Positions 22,304 through 35,196 of a DNA stretch of 64,000 nt are shown here, piece by piece (positions within the stretch are counted from its first letter, which is position 1; every line of letters starts with the position of its first letter). Under the pieces are notes generated by a model. That model worked only from the letters and a program-made list of their open reading frames with translations, was not told where the DNA came from and did not search any database. The DNA comes from Lingula anatina. Its lineage: Eukaryota; Animalia; Brachiopoda. A program made the translations under genes and the position numbers. The stretch is from positions 23,316,848-23,380,847 of the forward strand of contig CM120643.1 in the NCBI GenBank assembly GCA_051362555.1. The letters run 5' to 3'.

Positions 22304-24762
22304 AGTCTAATAATTGAAGTAATTTAGTTGAAGGCACTGGGGCAAATCATTACATGAAATGGAATTAAATCTGCGCTACCGCATTTTGCAGTCCTGAGGA
22401 CACGAAATTCGTTTGTCTTTGTCTCAAGGTTTTACATAACTCTTTGGGAAAGGCCAGATAAGGCCTGGATCTGTTATTTTCCCTTTAAAAGGAGGGGGAG
22501 CAAGCTTTTTGTACCAAGCTGTCTCTGCTATGTGATTCCATACTACTGATTAATCAGGTTTATTCCCGAGTACATCAAAGTATCCCAAGTGTGGTAAAAA
22601 TACTGGAATCCATATGCTTCGCTGCTATCAGTGCGCCGTTTTTAAAAGCGTCGTGTCCAATAAATAGACTCATTAACACAAGGTGCATAAAAGCCTGTAT
22701 GCATTGTGCTTGTCACGTAAAGGCTTGATAGTATGAGAGGTCTGCTAAATAAACGTCTCTTCGAGGTAAATGTAAGCTACTATTTCAAATCTTAATTGGC
22801 GGTTTCGCAACACGAGTTGCGGGTACAGTGCAGGCCTGCGGGAAACCATGTAATTTTTACGGGGCTCACTGATATTAAATAAATAATGAGAGAAGGAAAT
22901 TAAGATTTAACGGCTTGTCTCAAACGTGCTCATTATAGCTTCCCAAGAGTTCCCAGGTAACATTTTCCATGGAGAAGTGGGAACTCGGTATGGATAACTT
23001 TTAAGTTAAAACAGCTTTCGCGCCCGCAGAGAAGCCCAAATCACAGCATATGCATGGTTAAGCCAATGGTATTGAATTGATTGCAATCAGTTTTCGATAA
23101 AGATAACTTGATATTACTTGATGTGATTTGAATAGGCTTGTGCGAATGCCTTAACCATACTTGGGTCGTCATACTGTGTTTATAAAAAAAAAAAAAAAAA
23201 AAAAAAAAACAAAAAAAAACGACGGAACTTGAGTGAAACATGAACAACAGAAAGAAACAAGTGCATCAACAGAATAAAGAACTATTGCACGTTGTTGGTA
23301 AAAATGATTGTTGCACCCTCGAGAATGTTGGGTTTTAAATCACGTTACAGGTTTTGGAGCGCTCTATACATGGTGATAGTTCGGCTTCTTTCTTCCACGT
23401 ACATGTACATATACCCCCTGTAGATGTCAATATTTGATCATACGAAGGTCAAATATGCTCATGTGTCAACGAGTGGCAGGTTTAAAGTAGTGTAGTGTTA
23501 ATGTACGAGTAGGCCTATAAGGGGCATGCGGACAGATATTTATTGCTAGTTTTGCTTTTGAAATTAATTACGAAATGCCCAGCTGTACATTTTACATAAG
23601 ATGCACCTGGTGTGATAGTTAAAGAATAAATGGCATATATACACAAAAACAAATAAAAAATGTAATTTCATAGATACATGAAATATCATATCCAAGGGGG
23701 AAAACTTCATGTCAATTTTTGCCAAACGTCTTGCACTGGTTTGCATTCCAATATAATACTAACCACAGGGATGTCCATATCGACAGGTTTAATAGACTTA
23801 TCGCTCAGGGAGTGTGTATTACAGCCAGGCACAATGATTTAATCTCGTTACCTGTAATGCAAAAGGAAGTGTATTAGACATTACAGTGTCACTAATCACA
23901 TTTGGGAAAATTACGATAAGGAGCTTCAAATGTGATGCTGTGGTATAAATTGTTTTACTCTGCATACAAGCAAAAAGTACATCGCCGAGACACTGCAGCT
24001 TCATGTCATGTACACGGAAGATGCAGAAAACGAAATGCTGTTATATTATTAGTTCATATCTTAAAGGCTTAAGCTTATGCACATGTCGCCCTTCTTAAAT
24101 ATCTTAATGGTAACAAAAATTAAGCATATCTGGTTGATCCCAACGGCAGGTCTACTACGAGAGAGCCATATTAGTACTTAATGCTAAGGTAATGATTCCA
24201 AAACCATAAGACCTACATATGCAACGTTTGTCGTCTGGTATCATTAATTGTAATTGAAAGAAAAAGTTTGTATAGATTAACCAATTTGGCAGCACTTTCG
24301 GTTGCTTTGCAGGGTTCTTTAACCAATGAGAACAAATTTCATCCTACTTAGTATTGTAAATTTATTCAATAGTAAATATGTAATTGGCAAGTGTAAAAAA
24401 CAAGTGTTTTTTGTTAAACTAAGTTAATTATGACGCAAATCGTAAAAGTGGAGTAACTTGCCATTTACAGAACGTGTAGGCTCTACATCGTTCAAGTTGA
24501 GGTAACTTTGTTATCATGCCATTTCACATGGTTTATCGGTGGATAGCAAATACTCATTACTGTGTTTAGTATCAACGTCCCCTGGAACGCACAGGTCGAC
24601 TAAGGTAGGCCAAGAGCTGAGCAGGAATATGCCTGAAGCTGGTAACTCAGTATTTTTTTCACAGTGTGCGTTGGACTTTAACCGGGTTTTATTTTCTGGG
24701 CAAATCCTTTCTACCGGCAGTCCACACTCATATGTGCATGCTCACAGTTTATGACTGGGTTC

Positions 24763-24951
24763 CCACAGATTTAGATCGAGACATCTGGATCGACCTAACT
24801 CCCTGGGGGTTCACGCTAGATTGCTGTCAGCTTCCGGGAGTCGAGCGCACACAACAGTTAATTACCCCCTTTCAGCTTTTAGTAGGCGGGACAAACTGAC
24901 AGCAATCTAGTGAGACTCCCCAGGGAGATAGATCGATCTAAATATCTGTGG
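24763..24951. repeat. Fold-back inverted repeat (MITE-like)
   Basis: Arm ccacagat...gatcgacctaactccctgggggttcacgctagattgctgtcag (24763-24830) pairs with ctgacagcaatctagtgagactccccagggagatagatcgatctaaatatctgtgg (24897-24951). Confidence 0.8.
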
Positions 24952-25067
24952 AAATGGTCCCTATGTCTTTCAGCATGTGATGATGTCAAAATAAGTTAAA
25001 AAATCTGTTAATAATAAAAAATAATAATAATCTCACAACCGTTCTTGTTTTACGTGCTCTTTAAGCA

Positions 25068-25303
25068 TCAATCGTTGCACACTAAATCCGGTGTCGTGGT
25101 ACCGTGATGGAAACTCATCAGACGTTTCAGAATCCTTTTGGCACTATTGCGTCGCACCATTCCTTGAGACGGAGCCTTGAACGGAGACTTCCTCGATTTT
25201 ATTTGGTGGAGGATGCCGACTAGCAACTCGTCGACATGGTAGCTTAGGACGGCTGAGGTCTCGATGTATTTGGCGTCGTATAGTGTGGCGACCAACTTGC
25301 CCT
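25068..25303 (-). CDS. RGK-like small GTPase A, exon 4 (last)
   Basis: ttttcag acceptor, phase 1; EGKLVATLYDAKYIETSAVLSYHVDELLVGILHQIK...SAKRILKRLMSF...DLVCND*. G5 ETSA and RGK-type HxVDELLVGI. Confidence 0.9.
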
Positions 25304-27289
25304 CTGAAAAGAATATTCTCTATGAAACTAAAGATATAATACTGACATAATACTTTAATATTAAAATATATTGCTCGGCCGCGGCCTGGTGTGACAGGAA
25401 GGGAAGTCCGCTAGGAACCCCCACCTACAAAAGTCTACTTTTTATAATGATCATCACTCTCTGTGGGGCAAACCGCCACATTTGATAATTGTACGCCATT
25501 AAAGCGCGCTACGTGTATAAAGAACGGGCTAGGACGGGCAGAAGGGGCTAAAATTGCTACATGTATCGACAGGTCGACTAACGTTCCGGCCACCTAAGTC
25601 CAGTGGGCATGGATTAGGTTTAGTCTATTTAACTTTGAAAAACAGGACAAAGTATTCGGTGTAAAGGTACTTCTATCTGCAAGGCAGGAAATTTGGCAGA
25701 ATGTTATATTCAGCGCGGGGGCGGTGTTTCCAATGGGACATTCACATCGGCATGATATTTTGTCCTTTCATGCACAATAACTGGTAACTGGAGCCATTCT
25801 CGTTATTGCAGACATGCAAACAGCCTGCGTCACGGACCTCACAAATAGAAATGAAATCGAAAAACCTATAAGAATGCCGGTATCGCTTTTACTACAAAAC
25901 CAAAAATAATCGCTTTCTTCTCAGATCTCAGATCTGTGCAGCAATTCTATCTAGACAAGAACTGTATTAGTTTAGGGTTTTTATCAAATTCCCGCAAGCA
26001 CAGTCAGAAATAACTATATCGGCATCTCAAATCTGGCGATAAAGAGAAATCGATAATCTCAGTCGGAGCTTGTTTATATCGGCTTGTATATATATATATA
26101 TAAGTGAAGATAAGTATAGAACCCTGTTTCTTAAATACAAAACCCTGTTTCAGAACAAATTTTTGGACTTAAACTGTCGGAACTGAATACACACCTACCT
26201 AAAATCGACTCTGCATTTTACCAACGATTAAGAACTATGTACTGATTGAAATCAATATTTCCGCCTGATAACTGCTTGCTCAATCTGATTGTTCATATTA
26301 AAAAAAGGCTCCGTGTCTTATAGATTCAAAGTTCTCAAGTGATGACTTTTAATTTCCCCCCAAAATTGATTACTCATAACAGTTTTTCATTAAACGCCAC
26401 CCACACCGGCTCATTTCACCTTTGAAGAGCCCTGACTCCCGTATGCAAAAACACAGGATTCTTATACTAGTGTATGTTACTTTTCAATTCGTTTACATTA
26501 AAACCAAATTACGGCTTGATTTAAAATCGTTAAGAGCCGGCATGCCGTGTCTCCTGTTATTTCCCTCTGCTGGGTAGCTACCAACAATGGTGTAATCACA
26601 TCATCATGTTATCACCAGCTCAGGTAACAACTGATTACCCTCGCTGATACGCTAAACTACAAAATGGGATTGCGTATTGATCGCAAGGGAGTAGTGCGTA
26701 AAGCGTGCACAGTCGAGTTGAAGTACATGTATTGGTTCTGGAAATTCGTTGATCTATTGTTCATTGTATTACTATAGAATGAAAAGATAACAGTAGTTGT
26801 GAGTAAATAGAACCAATACTCAAGTAGAAAAATACTCGGAAAGGGCAGCTTTAGGCCTACCTCCGCCAGGGCAGCTGAATTCCCAATATTAATGCAGACT
26901 TGACATTTAATATGCAATATTTCAGTTTCGAAGGTAAGCCTATGTGAAAATGCGTTCTTTTTTCAAAAACCCCGATCTCATATGAGATATGTGAATGGAG
27001 AAGTGTGTAGTCAGATGTGTCGCTACCAATTAACTGAATACCAGGTTTGTTGCGCTGCTGCATTATGTAATATGCAGTGATTTAATTGGGTAGTGCTCCT
27101 TTGGGCAGGTCAAAGCTTGGCTTTGGCAAAGCATTGTTCTGTCAAAAAAGTATCCATATGACGGCAACTACTGCATAAAAGAATTTGAAATTTTGCATGC
27201 AAGTGGTCAGTTTTGCAGTGTGTAAAATGAGCTATGCAGTGCTTTACAAATTTGTGAATCTATGGCAGAATGGCGCATTGCCAGACAGA

Positions 27290-28200
27290 TAATTGCGCCA
27301 AAAGAAACGGTCCGCACAGTTTTATAGAGTAATGCCCAGACTGATGTACCAACACAGAAGCCACACCCAATGTATTAAAATCTTACCACCAGGGTACAGG
27401 GCCCACTGTCTTTCGGGTTATGCTGTTGCAACTAAACAAAAACCACCCAGTCCGTTCAGAATGAGGGGTAAATTGCCACCAAAACGCATTTTTCAAGGCC
27501 CTTAGCGAACACCAAACTGGTTTTAGCAGGTTAGAATACCAGACGACCTCCGTGGAACCTACTGTAAACAGCAAAACATCGTTGTATGTTTCTCCAATGA
27601 ATTGGGGGCCTTGACTGTTTCTGGGTTGAACACTCAAATCTCGTGGCTTTCATTATTGAGGTCAGCTTTCACCTGTACCGCTCAACAGCCAAAACAGAGT
27701 TTACAGACATCCAGAAGAGGCCAACGACAAAGTGTGTGCCGCGTCTTAAGAGACTAAGGTCATTAACAGCGTCAGTATTTGGAGTGGATACCACATTGTT
27801 GCCAAAATACCAATGGTTGTCATCGACGAAAACCTGAACAAGATCAAATAAAGAAATAATCTGGGAACCACTTGACTATCATTTGATAGGGGGCAACTTA
27901 GGAACAATTTTAGGTTGCACGGTGAGATTGCTCACTTTTAATAGCAGATTACTTACAGAACCAAGGGAATGAACAGCTACCTTGGTCATCAAAATCGCCA
28001 TATTTGAACTACATAGACAATATGTGGGTAGGCCATTACTCGCCGAATCAATGGCCTACGTGTCCTACAACAAAACTGGACCAAATTGGACATACTTTGA
28101 CCGATGTCTGGAATGTTATTCCAGATTGAAATTTAAAAACCTATCCAAGGAATGCCTTGCCACTTGAGAGCCCTGGTAGCAGCCAGAATAGGTCAGGCGT
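27290..28200 (+). mobile_element. Decayed Tc1-like transposase
   Basis: Fragments SVSIWSG, PMVVIDENLN, DYLQNQGNEQLPWSSKSPYLNYIDNMW, WNVIP and GMPCHLRALVAAR occur in Tc1 order (SVMVWG, LVVIEGNLN, WPSKSPDLNPIEHLW, SMPRRCQAVIAARGG), with many disablements. Confidence 0.75.
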
Positions 28201-28675
28201 AACAGCGACCGTTACTGTGACTAGACACTGACATGAGGGTCCTTTGTGGAGCGTGTAACTCTTTTAAAGACAATAACTTGGAAAATATGGAGATTTAAAA
28301 TATCTCTTTTAATGGTTGTCGTATGACATAGAATAGGCAATGTGTTTTTGTTTGCTTCTCTGGCGAATTCCATTAATGAACTGATGTCACAATGACATCA
28401 AAGAGATAATTAAAAGTTATTAAAACACGATTTTAATCCTTATTTTCATTTATCAGTCAACAAAATAGGAAAAAACTGATGAAAAATATTGGAAAAAATA
28501 TTCCATATTTAAATGTCAAGTCTGTACATTGATTATTTAATAAATGAATAACCACCAAAATCTTTATTATTCTGATTAAGTTACTCAATTTCTGACTGAC
28601 CCTGGAAATTTTATTAACAAATTCCGCTCATCAGTTTTTGCATAAGGTTATAAACTAACACAGTAACAAAGGCGA

Positions 28676-28703
28676 ACATATAACCTCTTTGACAGAGGTT
28701 AAT
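28676..28703. repeat. Short terminal palindrome resembling a HINE/Helentron-type end
   Basis: aacatataacctctttgacagaggttaat contains the hairpin aacctct/agaggtt. Family assignment is by resemblance only. Confidence 0.35.
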
Positions 28704-29074
28704 TACATAGACTTTGTCAATGCTGATATGCTGGAAGAACTGGTTTATAACAGCATGCACATACATATAAATTAGGTGAAAATCGGATTTCAGGGGGATT
28801 TGATATGGGTTAAATGTGCCAGCAAAGTAAAATGAGCCTTATGCTTATAGTTGACACGTCCTATATTATTACTACGCTTGACTCTGCTGCACTGTAAGAG
28901 AAAAAATCTACTGCACGGTTTTCGTATCGTTATTCCGTTTTTACAACACAGAACTTACAATAGCTTTTTTATCAAAGCGAAATTAGTTGGTCGGTTTTAT
29001 TTTATTGCTACTATTCACTCATGATTAGGATACCATCTACAGCACAAATTGGAACCCATTTTTTGTATTTTGTA

Positions 29075-29103
29075 GGCATTGCATTTCAAATGTAATCTAG
29101 GCT
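29075..29103 (-). mobile_element. Solo end of the Harbinger-like family
   Basis: ggcattgcatttcaaatgtaatctaggct followed by TTA; reverse complement of the 11094 end. Confidence 0.7.
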
Positions 29104-30399
29104 TTACTGAAATGGGATTGTGCGGAGTTTGTTCGATTTATTTTGATTGGAAACGTGCCTTAAATATTCACAACCTTGGTATATCCAGCATAGGCAATGG
29201 TCAAGGTCTTTGTGCACGTTTTTTTTCTCCTGTGAAATTTCCTCGTGTGAACTTCATTTTGCAAACTGCGGTTAAATTCTTGGAAGACTTTGTACGGAAA
29301 TATGCACGATCTGCCTGCATATACGGAGCCCGCAAAGGTGACGTTAACGAACTCTCCAGCGTATTTGTTCTAGGACTTGAATTAGCTAGGAATTCATTTA
29401 ACTGTTACGTGGGCCTGCTGCTCCATTAATAATATGCCTCAGGACATGATTAGGAGCTCATTTGGTCCCTTAGAATTCCCGATTCCAACTTTGATGAGAA
29501 CGGCGGGAAGGAGAATGCTCTTAGGGGAATGATGGAAAGGGGACTGTAGCAGCCATATGTAAATGTTTTCGATCCGCCATTTCAAACACATTTCAATTTT
29601 CCAACAGCCCGTTGTTCTTTATTTCGTTCCACTTTCCCTGGATTTCCAAACAAACGCTAAGTAATCCTTTAAAATCTATCTCATTAACTGAAATGTCATA
29701 CATGTCATTCATAGCTTGCTTTAAAACCCTTTCATTTCTCCATCAAATTGCTTTTGTGTGTGTGCTACAGTACCAAAGATGTGCTCCAATCCATCAATCA
29801 ATTACTTCACGAACTGAGCCTTTTAAATACTGCAATGTATAAAAGATGAGACCTGCACAATTTGAAAATAAATCAACACACGTCTCCATTTTTTTTATCT
29901 CTCGTATTTACCTTTGTAAATGTGTGCATATAATTAAAAAAACCTTCCCCTACATGTACTGTTAAATCTATTTTTGCTTCATTTATGTAAAGCTTTGCCA
30001 GAGAATCACTTTCAGCTGCTCACCGATATCGTGATAACAATCTAAAGTTTGTGATTACGCCGCCGACATAAAAGAGTGTTCCAGATTTTCAACTTATCTT
30101 GAGTACTGAAGTTGTTTCACTTTATATCAAAGTGGGCATAGGTGGGTGGCAATTTTATTGCCTTCACCCTCTATAAAAACTACGGGCAGGCGCACGTGGG
30201 CTCGTACTTGTGTGCGTGTGATGCCAGTTTCGGGCACTTACCTCGATAAAAAATATGTTTCATTAAAAGGTAGATGGTTCTATGGCTACAGTGTAGTTTA
30301 AAATTTCTCGTAGTCGTGATGTAGTAACGTTTTAAGCTTTGAAGTCATCAGAGATATGCTGTAAAATGTCGTTTATTGTATATGTACGTGATCTCAAGA

Positions 30400-30822
30400 G
30401 TGGCTACAGCACCTTTCCTTCTGTATGCAACCTTTCTTCTACCCTATTATTTTTATTACAAATTGTTAATTTTGCTATCTTCTCATAGATCTTTAGATTG
30501 AGGAACTTGAAAAGTTTTCGACTGAAGGACCTTTCACTATGATTACGCATGGGTATACTTTGAAAATTTAGTGCCTTTGGAGGTGGGGCTGTCCCTGGGG
30601 AAAGATTGTTCTTTTACATTTGGTTTTTTCATCGCTGCATTTCAATAGCCTTGCATACATATGGAGCCACATGTGTTATGTTGTAATTATAACATTTATT
30701 TTCAATAACTAGAACCCAGGCAGTGATATAGGTATCTAAGGAATGGGTTCCCTTTGGGTGAGCTACTGTTGATAATTAGGGGAAGTGTGGGGATATGCGA
30801 TGGCTACCAATTGAAAGCCTAG
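30400..30822 (+). mobile_element. Helitron/Helentron-like repeat related to 17090-17528
   Basis: Shared gggtgagcta and ggggatatgcgatg blocks ending in ctag, plus a similar internal unit. The 5' limit is approximate. Confidence 0.45.
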
Positions 30823-31025
30823 TTCTTCAATGGTAAAATGTTCTGGAAGTTTATTCTCAATCAATTACACACAAAGTTTTACAAACGAAGATGCGTGTAT
30901 GACGTAAAAATTCATTCGTTGCGAAACGCATGTGGCTTTTGACTTTGATTCAAGTTTGACGCCAGTCGTCACTTTTTATGAAGTAGCACTGTTCCACTTT
31001 AGGCATGATTTTTGGCCATACTTAC

Positions 31026-31215
31026 CCCCACAACTCACCACCCGTGTCCTCACTAAATCGTCCTTATTTGCCACCAATACCACCGGACACGTACACTTGA
31101 GATGTTTCCGTATTTTACACAGCACATCTTCTGCAAAGACATAGGTCTGTCTGTCCGCCAGAGAGTACACGACTAGAGCGCCATCTATGCTTGGGTCCTC
31201 CACGAGGCAGGGTAT
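31026..31215 (-). CDS. RGK-like small GTPase A, exon 3
   Basis: ttttctag acceptor, GTAAGT donor, 190 nt, phase 0-1; IPCLVEDPSIDGALVVYSLADRQTYVFAEDVLCKIRKHLKCTCPVVLVANKDDLVRTRVVSCG (G4 NKxD, RGK-type DLVRxR). Confidence 0.9.
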
Positions 31216-31628
31216 CTAGAAAAGATCAGCCGATAAGTTCAGGGGAACATTTTAGGGGACTACCCAATATATTTATACATACAGGTACCGATCGTATCAT
31301 ACACGCTACCTATATATATTCGGTTTTAGGGGTGTTTTTCGCTGAATACTAGTACTTTCTCACAGTATGTATATGTATGTCAAAGAATACACTGTCACCC
31401 TCTCGCAATATATGCTTTCTTCTGGGATATATCGGTCGTATGAGGAAGTGTTAATTATCCCACATACTACCTTGATGTCTCCCTAATAAGAATAGTATAA
31501 GAATATGATAATAATTCGATTAACTTTTTTTACACGAGTGATGATTTTATGAATGAAAAGAAAATAATAAGATCTGAGTTGAAATGAAAATAGGCAAGTA
31601 ACAACAGTGACAAAACACAATAATTATA

Positions 31629-32103
31629 CAGGGTGCCCCCTCCCCCCAAAAAAAGAACTCATTGAATTTTTATTTAATCCTACGGAACTTCATTTTGTGT
31701 ACAGTCATTCCCCAAAGATTCTGTTATCTTCGTCGCTTTGTATGTAATTCATAATCTTTCCAAAACGTGCTCTAAATGACCTTCGCGGCGTTGGAAACAC
31801 ACTTGCGTACGTTGCGCAATATTGTCAATTACTTGAACTCATTCATCTTTGGGGATTTCCCTGGATTTTGCTGTTGTCGCTGCCTTCAGTTCACCAATTG
31901 CATGAGGGTTTTCTGGTACACGTGTGTTGGTACATGTAAACCAGAACAACCCTTAAACGAAAACAGAAATCACAGTAGAAGTCAGGGAAATACCCAAGGG
32001 GGAATGTGTTCGAATAATTGACAGTTTTCTATTGAAGTTTAGGACGTTTGTTGAAATATGCTGTCTATTGTAGGGTCAAATAGAATTTGTTTGTTTGTTT
32101 CTT

Positions 32104-32134
<31 letters not shown>

Positions 32135-32145
32135 GGGTCACCCTG
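31629..32145 (-). mobile_element. Internally deleted Tc1/mariner-superfamily element with transposase C-terminal remnant
   Basis: ta|cagggtg (31629) and caccctg (32145) inverted ends. Minus strand ~31750-31925 reads, with a frameshift and a stop, VYQ/NPHAIGELKAATTAKSREIPKDE*VQVIDNIAQRTQVCFQRREGHLEHVLERL*. Confidence 0.7.
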
Positions 32146-32205
32146 TCATTATATGTAAATCAAAAGTAATCAATTCTGGGCCACCGAACAGCCCAATTCA
32201 AGTAC

Positions 32206-32291
32206 CTGATCCTCTGTTATACTGTGAAAGCTGAGCTCTGTCTCGTCCCCATCTACGCTAACTGTGACCACGACCTCTGTAAACTTGTCGG
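32206..32291 (-). CDS. RGK-like small GTPase A, exon 2
   Basis: catttcag acceptor, GTACTT donor, 86 nt, phase 1-0; ADKFTEVVVTVSVDGDETELSFHSITEDQ (Ras beta2-beta3 VDG turn). Not in the ORF track. Confidence 0.85.
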
Positions 32292-33343
32292 CTGAAATGT
32301 AAAAAGGTGCTGGAGATATAGTACATGTTTATGAGAATTCACAGTAAGCATGTATATCGAATATTAAGCCCAAAAAAAAAGAACATTAACTGTGTATGTA
32401 GGCTACATGTGTGCCCTGAAACATGCAAACACGCAATAATGCGCTGCACAACAAACACATGCTGGGTATATGTACATACTGTAAACTCATGTACAAATAT
32501 ACACACGCCTGATTGCCAACGCGCACACACGAAAAAATGCACACACACACATACGCAGAAATACACAGCATGTGCATTATATATACCGCACATTTTTACG
32601 CGTTACTCTAAAGTGTTAGCGATTGATTTAGCCTCAGCGAGGACAAGTCGAAATGGCCATTAATATCTCAACGTTGCGTGGTCGTACTAAAAGGTTGCAA
32701 ACCCCACAAATCAAGGCAATGAATCGTATAAAATTTGGGCAATGATTAATTTCACTGTTGGTGATGTAAAATATGAACTAAGGCTCTTTCTAAAACCTCT
32801 CTCCGTGAACATGCATGGTTCAGAGAAGCTAAACAAACGATTCCCCTCTGCAATGTACCACCGTCTTCAAGAACATACAACCTTGGTGAGATTTAAAAGT
32901 TTCTAACACGCCTAATTGAACGGGAACATTACAAAACATACGGACAATCACCCAGAATACAAGATGTTTTCTTCTTGGCAGCACGTTTCTTGGGAAAGCG
33001 TTGAATTTGATATTTTTAGTATTTGCATGACTTGCAATACTGAATGTGCCATGAAATGTTATTTAAATCTCATTTACTTATTCATCCTGTGCAAAAACCG
33101 CAGCAGCGTGTAATAAAACCCCTTTTCTGTCATTTATGCACTTACGGGCTTACATCATCCATGTTTTTCTGTTAATTTTTTTTTTTACCATAAGTCCTCT
33201 GCTGATTTGCTGGATGCCTACGTCAGTCAACATATCATGCTGACTGATACAGTATCTTGACTGACAGACTTATTTCATTCCGTCAATATGCCTTGTTTCT
33301 TCCACCACCACAGTACACAATAGGTAAAAATGTCGTCAAAAGG

Positions 33344-33399
33344 ACACACACACACACATACACACACACACACACACACATACACACACACACACACAC
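33344..33399. repeat. (CA)n microsatellite
   Basis: Direct observation. Confidence 0.9.
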
Positions 33400-34581
33400 C
33401 ACTAGCCTCAAGTTAGCATACACCTTATTGTTACAGATTAGAGATTATTTTATCAGCCCAAAAATAAACTATAAACTTTTTCTTTAATTCCCTCATTTAT
33501 CCAGTGATTTGTCAAACGATCGGTCATTTGACCAAGACAAAATGGAGCGGGTCACCATCTTGCAGTGTTCTACCAAATATAGAACAAAATATTTATTTAA
33601 TTAATGTGACAACATTATATCCCTGGCCCCATGGACATATATATCACCACACGTCATTTCTGATTTTCTTTTTAAAAAAGCGTGTACAAAGTATTTAGCC
33701 AATTTCCTAGTTCATGTATTTATAGTCATAATAAACCTAATTCTGTCGTTCATATTACTAATAGATCCCGGTCTGTAATCAAATATACACCTTCTAATGT
33801 CTAATGTCTTCTTACTTGTATATATACCACAAGAATCTCTTCCAAGTTTTGATTAGAGAAAGAAATCTAATCAATCGCTATTTACCTTGTGTATTATTTC
33901 TACAGTATTCGTTACTTTGCTGGGATCAATTTGTCAATTAACGCGATACACGCATGTTTTTTTACAAAGTTTTAAAAGCTCTGGATTCAAAATGTATAAT
34001 AGTATTGAGCATGTTTTTTTCACATTGTAAAAAAATGCCTCTAATCAGGCGTGTCTTGGCAATCTTTCTGCAGACTGTTTTACGGCTGAGACGAGACCAA
34101 ATTTATTTTCTACAAATAATGTTTTCCGAACCGCTATTTTCTTCGCCCCATAAGTGGGCATACTTTGTATTTAATCTAATAGCATCTAGAGACAGGCATC
34201 TGTCAAGGAAAAGAAATCTCATGCATGGGATTATCTTTTCTTGGAAACGGGCAGATCTCTGACTGTATAACAGTAGTGATGTTCTTTATAACTTCATGTC
34301 CGGATGCCATATTTGAATACCGTTAATCTCTTCACGAACCTTTGTATGTATTTATTCATTTACGAGGATTTATAAACTGTTTTACTTGCATATAAAACAT
34401 TCATAAACTCTTGTTGACATCGCATGATATGAGGAAATGATTAAATTTACCGTGCTCGATGGATGTGATGTGTTCACAATGACAGTGACAGTGTAGCGCA
34501 GTTTAAATCTTACAGGTATTGAGGCAGGGTTGGAATTCCTGATATTAGTCTACATTTTAGCACGAGTCTGTTGTTTGTTAA

Positions 34582-34586
<5 letters not shown>

Positions 34587-34632
<46 letters not shown>

Positions 34633-34633
34633 T
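34587..34633. repeat. Compound (GT)n(GA)n microsatellite
   Basis: Direct observation. A mirror-type (CT)n(GT)n tract lies at ~35149-35211. Confidence 0.9.
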
Positions 34634-35147
34634 ACGCTTTGTTCAATGGTGATCACAGAGGTTGCTTGACAATTAAAAAAAACGCAAGATCTAGAAATGC
34701 ACGATTCTTCTACTGGCTGGCTACTTCTTATACATGTACCTATAAACCTTGGCTTTTATATGTGCCCACATACGTATAATGCATATGCTGTTCCAATATT
34801 TTGTCAGCACTTTGCATTGCACCGAAATGTCGGTCGTTTCGGGACAAATCAACGTGGATCGATCCCAATCCACCTCTAGCTGACAAAATGTATTTTCGAT
34901 GTAATAAATATGTAATCATCAGGCATAAGCGAGCCAATGATGAAAAGCAGAGAGACCAATATTTACACGTTATCAAAATCTGATGACTTTTCCAACATAT
35001 ACTAAAGTAATTGCACTGTGGCCAATCGTATCTGGGACGGGTCCCAGGGGCCATGTTGAACTCAATAATCGGTTGTTATAAATATGAAGGTAATTAACAA
35101 TTGTGTGTTTTTGAGGATAAATGAATGATACTAGTCGTTATGAATGC

Positions 35148-35196
<49 letters not shown>

